Shown in pieces: positions 28,488 through 38,457 of a DNA stretch of 64,000 bases. Both the position numbers and the translations under genes were made by a program. This DNA comes from Fibrobacteria bacterium. Lineage in GTDB: Bacteria > Fibrobacterota > Fibrobacteria > UBA11236. The notes under the pieces were generated by a model. It saw only the letters and a list, made by a program, of their open reading frames with translations. It had not been told where the DNA came from and did no database searches. The stretch is from contig JADGQO010000076.1 of the NCBI GenBank assembly GCA_017881725.1, positions 6,190-70,189 of the forward strand, in the 5' to 3' direction. The number at the start of each line of letters is the position of its first letter. Position 1 is the stretch's first letter.

Positions 28488-29816
28488 ATGAACTACCTAA
28501 TCATCTTCATTTTTATTGGGCCGTTGGCTTGGCGGCTGTTCACGAATTATAAGCAAGGCGTCTACTGGGCGGTTTTCCTCCTCATAACCTTGAGCGCCAA
28601 CCCCGTGCTGATGAGCGGCGGCGCGATGCCCAATTTCAGCCTGCAGCGCCTGATCCTCATGGTTTTGTTGATTGGAGCCATCAAGAATCGGCAACTTTTC
28701 AAGGAGAACAATTCGCTCCATTTTAAATGGGCCTTGGTGCTATACGCCACCATCAATTTATTGCCCATGTTTTTCACCATAGATCTTCTGATGAGCATCA
28801 AGACCTATCTCTCCTTCACTTTTGAAATCGTCCTTTTTTACTTCATTATCGGTTCCAGCATTGAAAACCACCACGAGGCCAGGCAAATCGTTTTCGCTTG
28901 TACCACCGCACTGATAACGGTCGGCGTCCTGTGCTTAGTCGAGCGGTACACCCACTTTAATCCGGTTGACGCCTTCATGCCCGGTTATGTCCGGAAAGAC
29001 TTGTATGCGAACGACACGCTCTCCACCTTTCCCCATCGCATCCTCCTGGGAACAGCCATGGCCATGGGCTGGCCGCTGGCACTGGCCTTCGCGCAAGATG
29101 AGAATGGCCGGAGCTGGGCCTGGTGGCTGGGTATCGGCATCTTGCTTTTATCCTGTTATTTCTCCTTTTCGCGCGGGCCTTGGATTGCGGCGGCCTTTGC
29201 CGGGATCGGGATGTTCTTCCTGGCCGGGGCATCGGTGCGACGCCAGGCCCTGGTCGTGGTCGGATTAATCGTCGTCGCATTGATGTTGCGCCCGGGTGTG
29301 TGGGAAACCTTGTCCTCCAGCGTTCACGACACTGCGGACACGGAGTCCTTCAAAGGCCAAACCTACCAGTATCGATGGGAGCTTTGGAGCATCGCCTGGC
29401 GAAAAATCTCGGGGTCGGGGCTGAGAATTCTCTTTGGCTTCGGGCAGGGATCGACGGAAATTATGCCTTTTGAAACCGAATTGTCCTATACGAGCGAAAC
29501 CACCACGCTTTGGAGTTGGGACAACCATTATGCCGCCACTTTGTTTGAAACCGGACTGGTGGGCTTAACGGCGTTCATCGGCCTGTACTCATTGTTCTTC
29601 GTCAAGATTTTCGGCGCCCGGAAAACCGTTTTTGAGGAAAATAAAACCCTCCATGCCGGCATCCTGATCTCCATAGGCGTCTTGCTTTTCATGATGACCA
29701 ATGTCGCGATTTTCGCGCCGCAACTTAATTATCTGCTTTGGGCTCTCATAGCCGCGGGAACCAGCCTAAGCATGAACGATGAAGAGGAGAATGCCTATGC
29801 CGACGTCGCCCGCTAA
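28488..29816 (+). CDS. Wzy polymerase / O-antigen ligase family membrane protein
   Basis: Multi-TM; SRGPW, R..LW, FGFGQG, DNHY...LFETG. Confidence 0.78.
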   Translation: MNYLIIFIFIGPLAWRLFTNYKQGVYWAVFLLITLSANPVLMSGGAMPNFSLQRLILMVLLIGAIKNRQLFKENNSLHFKWALVLYATINLLPMFFTIDLLMSIKTYLSFTFEIVLFYFIIGSSIENHHEARQIVFACTTALITVGVLCLVERYTHFNPVDAFMPGYVRKDLYANDTLSTFPHRILLGTAMAMGWPLALAFAQDENGRSWAWWLGIGILLLSCYFSFSRGPWIAAAFAGIGMFFLAGASVRRQALVVVGLIVVALMLRPGVWETLSSSVHDTADTESFKGQTYQYRWELWSIAWRKISGSGLRILFGFGQGSTEIMPFETELSYTSETTTLWSWDNHYAATLFETGLVGLTAFIGLYSLFFVKIFGARKTVFEENKTLHAGILISIGVLLFMMTNVAIFAPQLNYLLWALIAAGTSLSMNDEEENAYADVAR

Positions 29817-31005
29817 GGATGCCTACCGTATCGAAACGCTGCAAGGATTTCCGTCCTTGGAAGCCATTCGCGAACGTTGGCAACAATGGCAATACCATCC
29901 CAATTCGGATTTTGATTTCTTTTCGACCATCGTGAAAAGCCGCCCATCGGTGGTGGCGCCCGTCGCCATGGTGCTGTATAAAAAGGACGCGCCCGTCGCG
30001 CTGGCCGTGGGGCGGATGGAAAACGTCATCTTGCCCACCTCCTTCGGTTACCTGAAGGTTTTCAGCTCCACGCTTCGGCAATACACCATTGTTTATGGCG
30101 GTTTAATGGGACGCTGGGATGACGCGGGGGCATCCGTCCTCATCCAATATCTCCGCACGTGGATGAAGCAGCAAAAAATCGATGTCGCGCACTTGGCCGC
30201 CACGGAGCACGAACACCCCGTCTACAAAGCGGCGCTGCGGAACGTGCCCTTCTATTTCCGGGAAATCCTCCTGAAGAACAATCTTCATTGGACGGCCGAC
30301 CTCAAGGATGCTAAGGATAAATTCCAGAACAAAATCAATACCAAACACCGCTCCCAATTCCGCAACAAGGAAAAACAACTCGCGAAATTCTCCGGTGGGG
30401 ATATCCGCATAAAAAAATTCCAAAATCCCGGAGATACGACCGCATTCTGCCTGGATGCCGAGAAAATATCACAAACCACCTATTTACGCGGGCTTGGCGA
30501 GGGATTCTACGATACCCCGGAAATGCGAAGCCGCTTGGAACTGTCGGCCCGCAACGGTTGGATGCACGGCCACGTCCTATATGCCAATGAAAAACCTTGC
30601 GCCTTCTGGCTGGGGACATTGTACCAGAAAGTCTTTTACCTGGACTATACCGGCTTCAATTCGGATTTGAACCATTTCAGCCCCGGGCGTATCCTGTTCG
30701 TAAAAATGATCGAGGAGTTGTGTGAATCCCATGAGTTGCACAGCATCGATTTCGGATTCGGAGACGCGGAATATAAGCAACGGTACGGAGATCGGAATTG
30801 GATGGAATCCGACCTTTACCTTTTCAACCGGACGCCCGCCATGCTCTTGATCAACCTGGCGCGCAAAGCCATCGACGTGGCGAGGCTGGCCGCGGAGGGA
30901 ACCCTGAAGAGGTTTAACCTCCTCACCTTAGTGAAAAAAAAATGGCGGCATTCGGCGGAACAAACCGTGCACAACCAAGTTCGCTCCGACGCCTCGCCCG
31001 AGTGA
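29797..31005 (+). CDS. GNAT-fold (CelD/BcsL/FemAB-like) acyltransferase
   Basis: SPGRIL and IDFGFGDAEYK motifs; AGGAG upstream of ATG 29797. Confidence 0.78.
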   Translation: MPTSPAKDAYRIETLQGFPSLEAIRERWQQWQYHPNSDFDFFSTIVKSRPSVVAPVAMVLYKKDAPVALAVGRMENVILPTSFGYLKVFSSTLRQYTIVYGGLMGRWDDAGASVLIQYLRTWMKQQKIDVAHLAATEHEHPVYKAALRNVPFYFREILLKNNLHWTADLKDAKDKFQNKINTKHRSQFRNKEKQLAKFSGGDIRIKKFQNPGDTTAFCLDAEKISQTTYLRGLGEGFYDTPEMRSRLELSARNGWMHGHVLYANEKPCAFWLGTLYQKVFYLDYTGFNSDLNHFSPGRILFVKMIEELCESHELHSIDFGFGDAEYKQRYGDRNWMESDLYLFNRTPAMLLINLARKAIDVARLAAEGTLKRFNLLTLVKKKWRHSAEQTVHNQVRSDASPE

Positions 31006-31027
31006 AACCGAAGAAAGAAGTTCGCGT

Positions 31028-32212
31028 ATGAGAGTTTGCGTTTTGGCCTATACCTACTATGAAGGGGATAACCGGGTGCGTCGCTACGCGGAAGCCCTGG
31101 TCAAAAGGGGCGACACCGTGGACGTCCTGGCCTGTGGTCAGCCCGGTCAACCTTCCCGTGTCAAAATAGCCGGAGTGAATGTCCATCGGGTACAGACCCG
31201 TCGCATCGATGAAAAGGGGCATCTCGATTATTTGTTCAAAATTGTTTTTTTTCTGATCAATTCTTTCCTCTTACTGACATGGCGCCATCTCCGCAAGCCC
31301 TACCAACTCATCCACGTGCATTCCGTCCCGGACTTCGAAGTCTTCGCCGCGATGATCGCGAAATGGACGGGAGCCAAGGTCATTCTGGATATCCATGACA
31401 TCGTTCCTGAATTCTACGCCGTGAAATTCAACGCCGGGAAAATCACCTACTTGGCCCGCATGCTCATGGTGGTTGAAAAGGTTTGTTGCACGTTTTCGGA
31501 TCACGTCATCATATCCAACCACATTTGGGAAACGAAGTTGGTCGCCCGTTCCGTGGAAAAGGGAAAATGCACCGTGATGTTGAACTATCCCGACCCGAAC
31601 ATTTTCATCCGTCCGCCGGGAGTCCAACCGGAAGGTGTTTTCTCCATGATCTATCCGGGGTCCTTGAGCCGGCATCAAGGCCTGGATATCGCCATTCACG
31701 CTCTGGCATTGGTCCGCGAGGATCTGGGAGTCTTTGCGTTCGATATTTATGGACGCGGCGGAGAATTGCAGGCCCTGAAGGATTTGACCCTCTCCCTGGG
31801 CTTGCATGACCGGGTGTTTTTCCACGGCATCCTTCCCTTGGAGGAGGTCGCGAAAAAAATGGCGGCGGCGCATCTAGGCATCATCCCCAAACGCGCCGAT
31901 GATTTTGGAAACGAAGCCTTCAGCACCAAAATATTCGAATTCATGGCCCTGGGAGTGCCCGCGCTGGTATCCAGCACCAAAATCGATCGCTTTTATTTCG
32001 ATGACTCGGTGGTCATGTTTTTCGAATCGGAAAACGCGAGAGACCTGGCCGACAAAATCCTTTATCTGTACAAGCGCAAAGATCACCGGGATGCCTTATC
32101 CAGTGCGGCCCTCAAATTCATCGCCCCCTATAGTTGGGAACAGAAAAAATCGGAATACTTCACCCTCGCCGATCGATTGGTAAACTCCAAAAAGGAAATA
32201 CTCCATGTTTAG
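31028..32212 (+). CDS. Glycosyltransferase family 4
   Basis: D.RVRRYA, HDIVPE, TKIFEFMALGVP. Confidence 0.88.
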   Translation: MRVCVLAYTYYEGDNRVRRYAEALVKRGDTVDVLACGQPGQPSRVKIAGVNVHRVQTRRIDEKGHLDYLFKIVFFLINSFLLLTWRHLRKPYQLIHVHSVPDFEVFAAMIAKWTGAKVILDIHDIVPEFYAVKFNAGKITYLARMLMVVEKVCCTFSDHVIISNHIWETKLVARSVEKGKCTVMLNYPDPNIFIRPPGVQPEGVFSMIYPGSLSRHQGLDIAIHALALVREDLGVFAFDIYGRGGELQALKDLTLSLGLHDRVFFHGILPLEEVAKKMAAAHLGIIPKRADDFGNEAFSTKIFEFMALGVPALVSSTKIDRFYFDDSVVMFFESENARDLADKILYLYKRKDHRDALSSAALKFIAPYSWEQKKSEYFTLADRLVNSKKEILHV

Positions 32213-33092
32213 CCCGGTGAAATATGTCGTTATTTCCCCCGTGAAAAACGAAGCGCGTTTTCTTCCGCAAACCATCGCTTCCATGGTTTCCCAAAAACTT
32301 CCTCCCGTATTGTGGTTGGTGGTCGATGATGCCTCCACGGACGCCACAGCCCGTCTCATCAAGGAATGCGGATTAAAATATCCCTGGGTCCACTATCTGC
32401 TTCATCCCGGCGAAGCGGAGCGGAAAACCGGGTCGGCCGAAATTCACGCCTTCGATTTTGGGTTTAAGACCTTGGGAAATCTTGATTTCGATTTCATCGT
32501 GAAACTCGACGGAGATTTGCGCTTCAGCGAAAGTTACTTCGAAAGGCTGCTGGCGAAATTTTCCGGAAACGAAAAACTGGGGATCGCTTCGGGAGTTTAC
32601 CTGGAGGAGACCGGCGCATCCTGGATGCCCGTGGAAATGCCCAGCTACCATGCCGCGGGTGCGAGCAAGGTGGTACGCCGGAAATGCTTCGCGGAAATAG
32701 GCGGCTTCATTGCCCAGCGCGGTTGGGATACCATCGATGAAATTCGCGCGCAGGCAAAAGGTTGGGATAGCGCGCATTTTCCGGAAATACAATTTTATCA
32801 CTTGCGCAAAGAAGGAACCGGCATGGGCGCCCTCCACACCGCCGTCATGCATGGAGAGATTTTCTACCGCAGCGGCGGCAGTCCGATATTCTTTTTTCTG
32901 AAATCGATCCATCGCTTGCTGCTGGGCAGACCGTTTCTGATTTCAGGTTGCTCGATGATTTACGGATATTTCCGAGCCTTGCTGGGAAGGCGGGAAAAGT
33001 TGGTGAATCCTTTGGAAGCGCGGACCTATAGACGCTTGCTGAATCGCAGGATGCGTTTCGGAATTAAATCCCCGGCTCACGCCAGGGCTTGA
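32205..33092 (+). CDS. Glycosyltransferase family 2
   Basis: ISPVKNE, VDDASTD.T, KLDGD, GWDTID. Confidence 0.85.
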   Translation: MFSPVKYVVISPVKNEARFLPQTIASMVSQKLPPVLWLVVDDASTDATARLIKECGLKYPWVHYLLHPGEAERKTGSAEIHAFDFGFKTLGNLDFDFIVKLDGDLRFSESYFERLLAKFSGNEKLGIASGVYLEETGASWMPVEMPSYHAAGASKVVRRKCFAEIGGFIAQRGWDTIDEIRAQAKGWDSAHFPEIQFYHLRKEGTGMGALHTAVMHGEIFYRSGGSPIFFFLKSIHRLLLGRPFLISGCSMIYGYFRALLGRREKLVNPLEARTYRRLLNRRMRFGIKSPAHARA

Positions 33093-33106
33093 AGGGATGG
33101 AGTAAA

Positions 33107-35011
33107 ATGTGCGGAATTTGCGGGATATACAATACTAATGGAGAACCGGCGGAAGCTGATACCCTCCACGCCATGAGTCAAGCCCTCCATCACCGCGGGC
33201 CGGACGGGTCGGGTTCCTTTCTTGATGGGCCGGTCGCCTTAGGTCACCGCAGGCTGAGCATCATCGATGTCTCCGGGGGCGCGCAACCCATTTCCAATGA
33301 AGATGATTCTTTGCAACTGGTTTTCAACGGTGAGATATACAACTATATCGAATTACGAAAACAGCTTTTGCAAAGCGGCCATCGCTTCAAAACCCAATCG
33401 GATACCGAAGTCATCCTCCATGCTTATGAGCAATGGGGCGTTGATTGCGTCAAGCGTTTCAACGGGATTTTCGCCTTCGCGCTGTGGGATGGAAACCAGC
33501 GTCGGCTTTTCCTGGCCCGCGATCATTTGGGCGTCAAACCCCTGTACTACGCCTTGATTGGCAGTCGCCTCATTTTCGCCTCGGAAATCAAAGCCTTGTT
33601 GCAAGATCGCCATTGCCCCCGCGCCGTCGACGTCAAGGCCTTGGGTGATCTTTTCAGCTACCGTTATGTGCCTTCCCCCGCGACTTTGTTTCGCGGGATC
33701 AAAAAACTCAGTCCTGGCCATTTTATGGTGATTAGTCAATCCGCCTTGGTCATTAAGCGCTACTGGGACAGGATTCCAAAAATCGACAAGGTTTCCACGG
33801 AACGGAACCTCATGGAACAATACCAGGAACTGTTCGAGGATGCCGTGCGCCTGCAAACGCGCAGCGATGTTCCGGTGGGCCTTTTCCTAAGTTCGGGAGT
33901 GGACTCCGGCGCCATCCTTTCCCAGATGCGCCGGCACATCAATGGACCGCTGCATACGTTCACCATCGGATTCTCCGGCGGGGAAAAAACCAATGAAAAT
34001 GCCGACGCGCGATCATTAGCCAAACAATTCGGCGCTCAACACCATGAGCGCATCGTCACCCCGGACGACTACCTCCGTTACTTTGAAAACTATATCTGGG
34101 ACATCGAAGAACCCGTCGGGAATGAGACCGCGGCGGCGTTTCATTTCGTCAGCGAGTTGGCCCATGAAAATGTCAAAGTCGTCTTGACGGGACAAGGCGC
34201 CGACGAGCCCTGGGCCGGATATCATCGGCATCTGGGGGTTAAGCTCTCCGCAATCTATTCGCGCTTGCCGTCCTTAGTCACCGGAACCATTAAGGGCGTC
34301 GTGAACCGGCTACCCCGGAACGAACGGCTTAAACGCGGAGTGGCCGCCCTGGACGAACCAGATATGCTTTCGCGCTTCGCGAAGATATACGCCTTTTTTC
34401 ATTCCGACATGAAAAACCGTCTTTTCACGGATTCTACTAAGGAACAATTGAACTACGCCGGTCAAGAAAAGGGAGAATCCCTGCGGCGTCTCTATGATGA
34501 AGTCAGGCATCTGGATCCCGTTTCACGCATGTTATACCTCGATACGCGCACCGATTTACCCGACGACTTGTTGATGGTGAACGACAAAACCTCCATGGCT
34601 AATTCCATCGAAGCACGCGTTCCATTCCTGGATCACCGCCTAGTGGAATTGGCGGAAACCATTCCTTCCTATCTAAAAATAAAGGGTTTGCACGGAAAAT
34701 ATTTGCACAAGAAAGCCGCGGAAAAGTGGCTGCCTAAGGATGTGGTTTATCGCAAGAAAAAGGGATTCGCCAATCCCATTAACGAATGGTTGCGCGGCGC
34801 CATGCGGCCGTTTATCGAGGAGTGCCTGTTCAGCGAAGCATCCGCCGTCCGGTTATATTTCGATATAGGCTATATCCGTCAATTAGTGACTTTGCACGAA
34901 TCGAAACAAGAAGATTATTTATTCCATATTTATTTACTCATCTCTTTTGAATTATGGCATCGGCAATTCATCGATCATCCCGTTCAAGTTGTCGGTCACT
35001 ATGCGAAATAA
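33107..35011 (+). CDS. asnB: Asparagine synthase-like glutamine amidotransferase (EPS amidation)
   Basis: MCGICG N-terminal nucleophile, HRGPD, RRLSIID, NGEIYN, SDTEV, GQGADE, EARVPFLD. Confidence 0.9.
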   Translation: MCGICGIYNTNGEPAEADTLHAMSQALHHRGPDGSGSFLDGPVALGHRRLSIIDVSGGAQPISNEDDSLQLVFNGEIYNYIELRKQLLQSGHRFKTQSDTEVILHAYEQWGVDCVKRFNGIFAFALWDGNQRRLFLARDHLGVKPLYYALIGSRLIFASEIKALLQDRHCPRAVDVKALGDLFSYRYVPSPATLFRGIKKLSPGHFMVISQSALVIKRYWDRIPKIDKVSTERNLMEQYQELFEDAVRLQTRSDVPVGLFLSSGVDSGAILSQMRRHINGPLHTFTIGFSGGEKTNENADARSLAKQFGAQHHERIVTPDDYLRYFENYIWDIEEPVGNETAAAFHFVSELAHENVKVVLTGQGADEPWAGYHRHLGVKLSAIYSRLPSLVTGTIKGVVNRLPRNERLKRGVAALDEPDMLSRFAKIYAFFHSDMKNRLFTDSTKEQLNYAGQEKGESLRRLYDEVRHLDPVSRMLYLDTRTDLPDDLLMVNDKTSMANSIEARVPFLDHRLVELAETIPSYLKIKGLHGKYLHKKAAEKWLPKDVVYRKKKGFANPINEWLRGAMRPFIEECLFSEASAVRLYFDIGYIRQLVTLHESKQEDYLFHIYLLISFELWHRQFIDHPVQVVGHYAK

Positions 35012-36320
35012 ATCGTGGTTCGATAACCGTAACCAAAATGACAAGGTTGATTCCTGGCTTCTCGCCTTGCTTATCATCGCCGCCTTGGTCCTGACCCATT
35101 GTACCGAACCCAGGGCAAGTACTTATTATATCGATTTTGAGCGCGGCATGGATAGGCATTCGGGCCTCTCTAAGCAAGACGCCTGGAAGCGCTGCCCGGG
35201 AATGAAGGGGTTTAACGGATCTTATCGGCATCAAGCGGGGGACCATTTCATCTTCAGGGGCGGAAGTGTTTGGCCTGCCGAAGCATTGCCCCTCGCCATC
35301 CGGCATAGCGGGGCGGACAGCCTGCCCGATGTCTACGCAACGGATCATTCATGGTATTTAACTTCCGTCTGGACGCAACCCACCTTTACCAGCCACCATA
35401 CTCAAACCCAGCTTTTCACCGCGAGCAAGGAGTCCAACTTCATCATCGACGATTTGAAGTTCATTGATTTTGGGACAGCGGGGATTGAAAACGGCGGGAA
35501 GGCGTTGGATATACAAGCCTGTTCCCATTACGCTATCAAACATTGCACCATCGCGCCGCAAGCTTGGATTGGACTTTACCTCCATTCCTATTCCGGATTA
35601 AGTGAAGAGGGGATTCTCATCGACAGTAATGACATCAGCGCGGCGGGGCAGGCCATTGTCTTGGCTGTGGAAGCGCCGCATACGGAAATGCAAAAGGTTG
35701 TCATAAGGAATAATTCCATCCATGATTTATCCTCGCAAATCGTAGGTGGAACCCATGGCGACGGCATCCACACCTGGAATTCCGTCCAAACCGATCATTC
35801 CCAATTCATAACCGATCTCTCCATCCTGGATAATCATTTTTTTGGAGACTTCTCCGGCGGGGATGATGGGAAGGCAAGCATGACGGCATTGATTTACCTG
35901 ACCGATCCGGGTAAACGGGCGACAATTTCCGGAAATGCTTTGTCATATTCCAAGGCCACCCATTTTACATCCCTGATCTGGGTGCGATATTTCGACAGCG
36001 TATCGGTGACGAATAATTCCTTAACCATGGATACCGCGCAGGGAGGAATCGGCATCATAGTGGGCCAGGGAGAAATCGGGAAAACGGTTTCCTTGGTGGG
36101 CAATACCATCAACGGAGCTAAGTATTGCTACTACATCTACGACGACGCCAGTCCAACCATCCGCATAGAAAACAACCATTGCGAATCCACCGGACCGACG
36201 GTGGCCTTTTGGAACCTGGCCGGAAAAACCTGGGCTGAATGGCAAATCCTGGGAAACGATCGTCACGGATCGCATACGAATTTTCCGCCGAACAATGGCT
36301 TGGAAGCGGTCGCGCCATGA
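35001..36320 (+). CDS. Membrane-anchored or secreted parallel beta-helix protein, paralog of 13035..14654
   Basis: Hydrophobic N-region ending LTHC; WKRCPGMKGF, WPAEALPL, HGDGIH and MTALIYL shared with the 13035 protein. Confidence 0.75.
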   Translation: MRNKSWFDNRNQNDKVDSWLLALLIIAALVLTHCTEPRASTYYIDFERGMDRHSGLSKQDAWKRCPGMKGFNGSYRHQAGDHFIFRGGSVWPAEALPLAIRHSGADSLPDVYATDHSWYLTSVWTQPTFTSHHTQTQLFTASKESNFIIDDLKFIDFGTAGIENGGKALDIQACSHYAIKHCTIAPQAWIGLYLHSYSGLSEEGILIDSNDISAAGQAIVLAVEAPHTEMQKVVIRNNSIHDLSSQIVGGTHGDGIHTWNSVQTDHSQFITDLSILDNHFFGDFSGGDDGKASMTALIYLTDPGKRATISGNALSYSKATHFTSLIWVRYFDSVSVTNNSLTMDTAQGGIGIIVGQGEIGKTVSLVGNTINGAKYCYYIYDDASPTIRIENNHCESTGPTVAFWNLAGKTWAEWQILGNDRHGSHTNFPPNNGLEAVAP

Positions 36321-37654
36321 GGAATATTTCCCTGCTGGGGGCTAACTTCGATTCCGGCAATATGGGCGTCGGCGCGCTTACCATGGGCGCGATTGAGTGC
36401 GTAAATCAGGCTTGGCCGAATGCGGAAATCTCATTTCTGGATTATGATGACGCCTCCAAGACCATTGCCTGCAAATTGAACGGTGGCATCATTCCCATCA
36501 AATTGATTGCCATGCGGTTTTCCAAGAAATTCTACCTCGGCAACAATATTGCATTGCTGATTTTGGTTTCGGCATTATTGCGGCTACCCTTTCCCAAATG
36601 GATTAAAGACAGATTAGTTCGAAGGAATAATTGTTTAAGACATCTTGAGGGTGCGGATATGGTCTTATCCATTGCCGGGGGCGACAGCTTCAGTGACATA
36701 TATGGCCAAGCCCGGTTTTACTACATCGTACTGCCCTTATTGTGGGCCATTGCGATGAAAAAAAAAATCGTGATCATGCCCCAGACCATCGGGCCCTTCG
36801 CAAATATCGTCGCATCCCGCATCGCCGCATTTATCCTGAGGCATTCCCAAGTCGTTTATGCGAGAGACAAGGAAAGCCTGGCCCTGGCGCAGGCCCTGCT
36901 GGGACCCAAATTTCCCACGAAGGCGCGATTCAGCTATGACCTTGGTTTCCTGCTGGCGCCGATCCGACCCGATTTTAAATTCATAGAATTTCCAGAAAAG
37001 ACGAAACGCCAAAGGCCCGTCGTCGGGTTGAATATCAGCGGGCTTTTATGCATGGGCGGATACAGTCGAAAAAACATGTTCGCGTTGAAAGTCAATTACT
37101 CGGATTTGATCCGAGCGCTGATTCAATACCTGGTGATGGAAAAAAATGTCGACGTTTTGCTTATCCCTCATGTATTCGGGGAATCGCAGGAATCCGACGT
37201 AACCGCCTCGGTTCGGTTTTTCCAGGAATCGGAAAACCGTTACGGAAGCCATCTGCGCCTTGCACAGGGAGACTTTGATCAAAATGAAATCAAGTTCGTC
37301 ATCGGCCAATGCGACTTCTTCATCGGCTCACGCATGCATGCCTGTATCGCCGCGCTCTCCCAAGGAATTCCCGGAATCGCCGTTGCCTACAGCCGGAAAT
37401 TCCATGGTGTCCTGGAATCGATAGGCATGGAAAACCTTATCGCAGATCCCCGTCAAAACTCGTTGGAAGAAATTCTGGCCCAGGTTGGTATGGCCTTGGA
37501 CTTAAGAATTGAACACGGGCGGAAGCTGCAGGAAAAGATGCGATTCATAAAACACGCAGTGCTTCATCTCTTCCAGGAACCGGGGGAACGGAAGGACATG
37601 GAGCTATCCGAACCCTCGCAATTGAATCGGTCAATGGAATTCAATCCAGGATAA
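36317..37654 (+). CDS. Polysaccharide pyruvyl transferase (WcaK/AmsJ-like)
   Basis: N.G..AL, GGDSFSDIYG, PQTIGPF, ARD..S, GSRMHACI. Confidence 0.85.
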   Translation: MRNISLLGANFDSGNMGVGALTMGAIECVNQAWPNAEISFLDYDDASKTIACKLNGGIIPIKLIAMRFSKKFYLGNNIALLILVSALLRLPFPKWIKDRLVRRNNCLRHLEGADMVLSIAGGDSFSDIYGQARFYYIVLPLLWAIAMKKKIVIMPQTIGPFANIVASRIAAFILRHSQVVYARDKESLALAQALLGPKFPTKARFSYDLGFLLAPIRPDFKFIEFPEKTKRQRPVVGLNISGLLCMGGYSRKNMFALKVNYSDLIRALIQYLVMEKNVDVLLIPHVFGESQESDVTASVRFFQESENRYGSHLRLAQGDFDQNEIKFVIGQCDFFIGSRMHACIAALSQGIPGIAVAYSRKFHGVLESIGMENLIADPRQNSLEEILAQVGMALDLRIEHGRKLQEKMRFIKHAVLHLFQEPGERKDMELSEPSQLNRSMEFNPG

Positions 37655-37704
37655 ATTTCGGAATCTGGACCAGTGTGAAACCCTGTAGGCCCCCGTGCCT
37701 GCGG

Positions 37705-38454
37705 TTATCCGGGCTTCCGGAATTCAAGGCAATAAAAACGGTTCTCCCACAGTAGCTCCATCCGTCGTTCCCGAATCTCCTCGGGTATGGCGGCTTCAAT
37801 CTCCCGCAGGTCAACATCCAAGCCCTTGAATTGGCTTTTGCTTAAAGCGCTTTTCTGGTATTGGCTTTTAACGTAGTCGCCCGTTTCATCCGCAACGAGA
37901 AGCTTGGTTCCCGGCTTTGCGACACGCAGCATTTCCCGGATAGCCAGGGCTTTGTCATTGAAGAAATTGATGCCACCGACATGAAAAACAATGTCGAAGG
38001 CATTGTCAGCGAAGGGCAAATCCTCCGCGCAGCAATTCCACAGGGATACGCGTAATTTGGATTTGGAAAATTTTTTCCCGCATTTTCTCAGCATGCCCAG
38101 GGATATGTCGACGCCATAAATTTCCAGGGTGGAAGCATCGATGTGCGACGGAATGAAGTCCAAATTTCTGCCGGTCCCAATGGACACGTAGAGCACGGAG
38201 ACTCCATTTTTCCACTCCAATGCGGAGATGATTTTTCTCCTCATGGCTTGGACCGCGTTTCCATATTTGAATTTTCCAACCCAGGTCTCGACGAAATCGT
38301 AGCCGCGAGACATCCAATCGTACATCTTTTGGAATTTCGCATTATCGCCCATGAGATATTTTGGATTCAGGAAGACGTTTATCCCGTCTATGGATTTCCG
38401 GTCCTCACCGAAAACTTCGGGTTTTAATTTTCCCTTATCGGCGACAGCCAACAT
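37705..38454 (-). CDS. Class I SAM-dependent methyltransferase
   Basis: VSIGTG, GVDISLGML, AEDLPFADNAFD, EMLRVAKPG. Confidence 0.85.
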   Translation of the reverse strand: MLAVADKGKLKPEVFGEDRKSIDGINVFLNPKYLMGDNAKFQKMYDWMSRGYDFVETWVGKFKYGNAVQAMRRKIISALEWKNGVSVLYVSIGTGRNLDFIPSHIDASTLEIYGVDISLGMLRKCGKKFSKSKLRVSLWNCCAEDLPFADNAFDIVFHVGGINFFNDKALAIREMLRVAKPGTKLLVADETGDYVKSQYQKSALSKSQFKGLDVDLREIEAAIPEEIRERRMELLWENRFYCLEFRKPG

Positions 38455-38457
38455 GCT

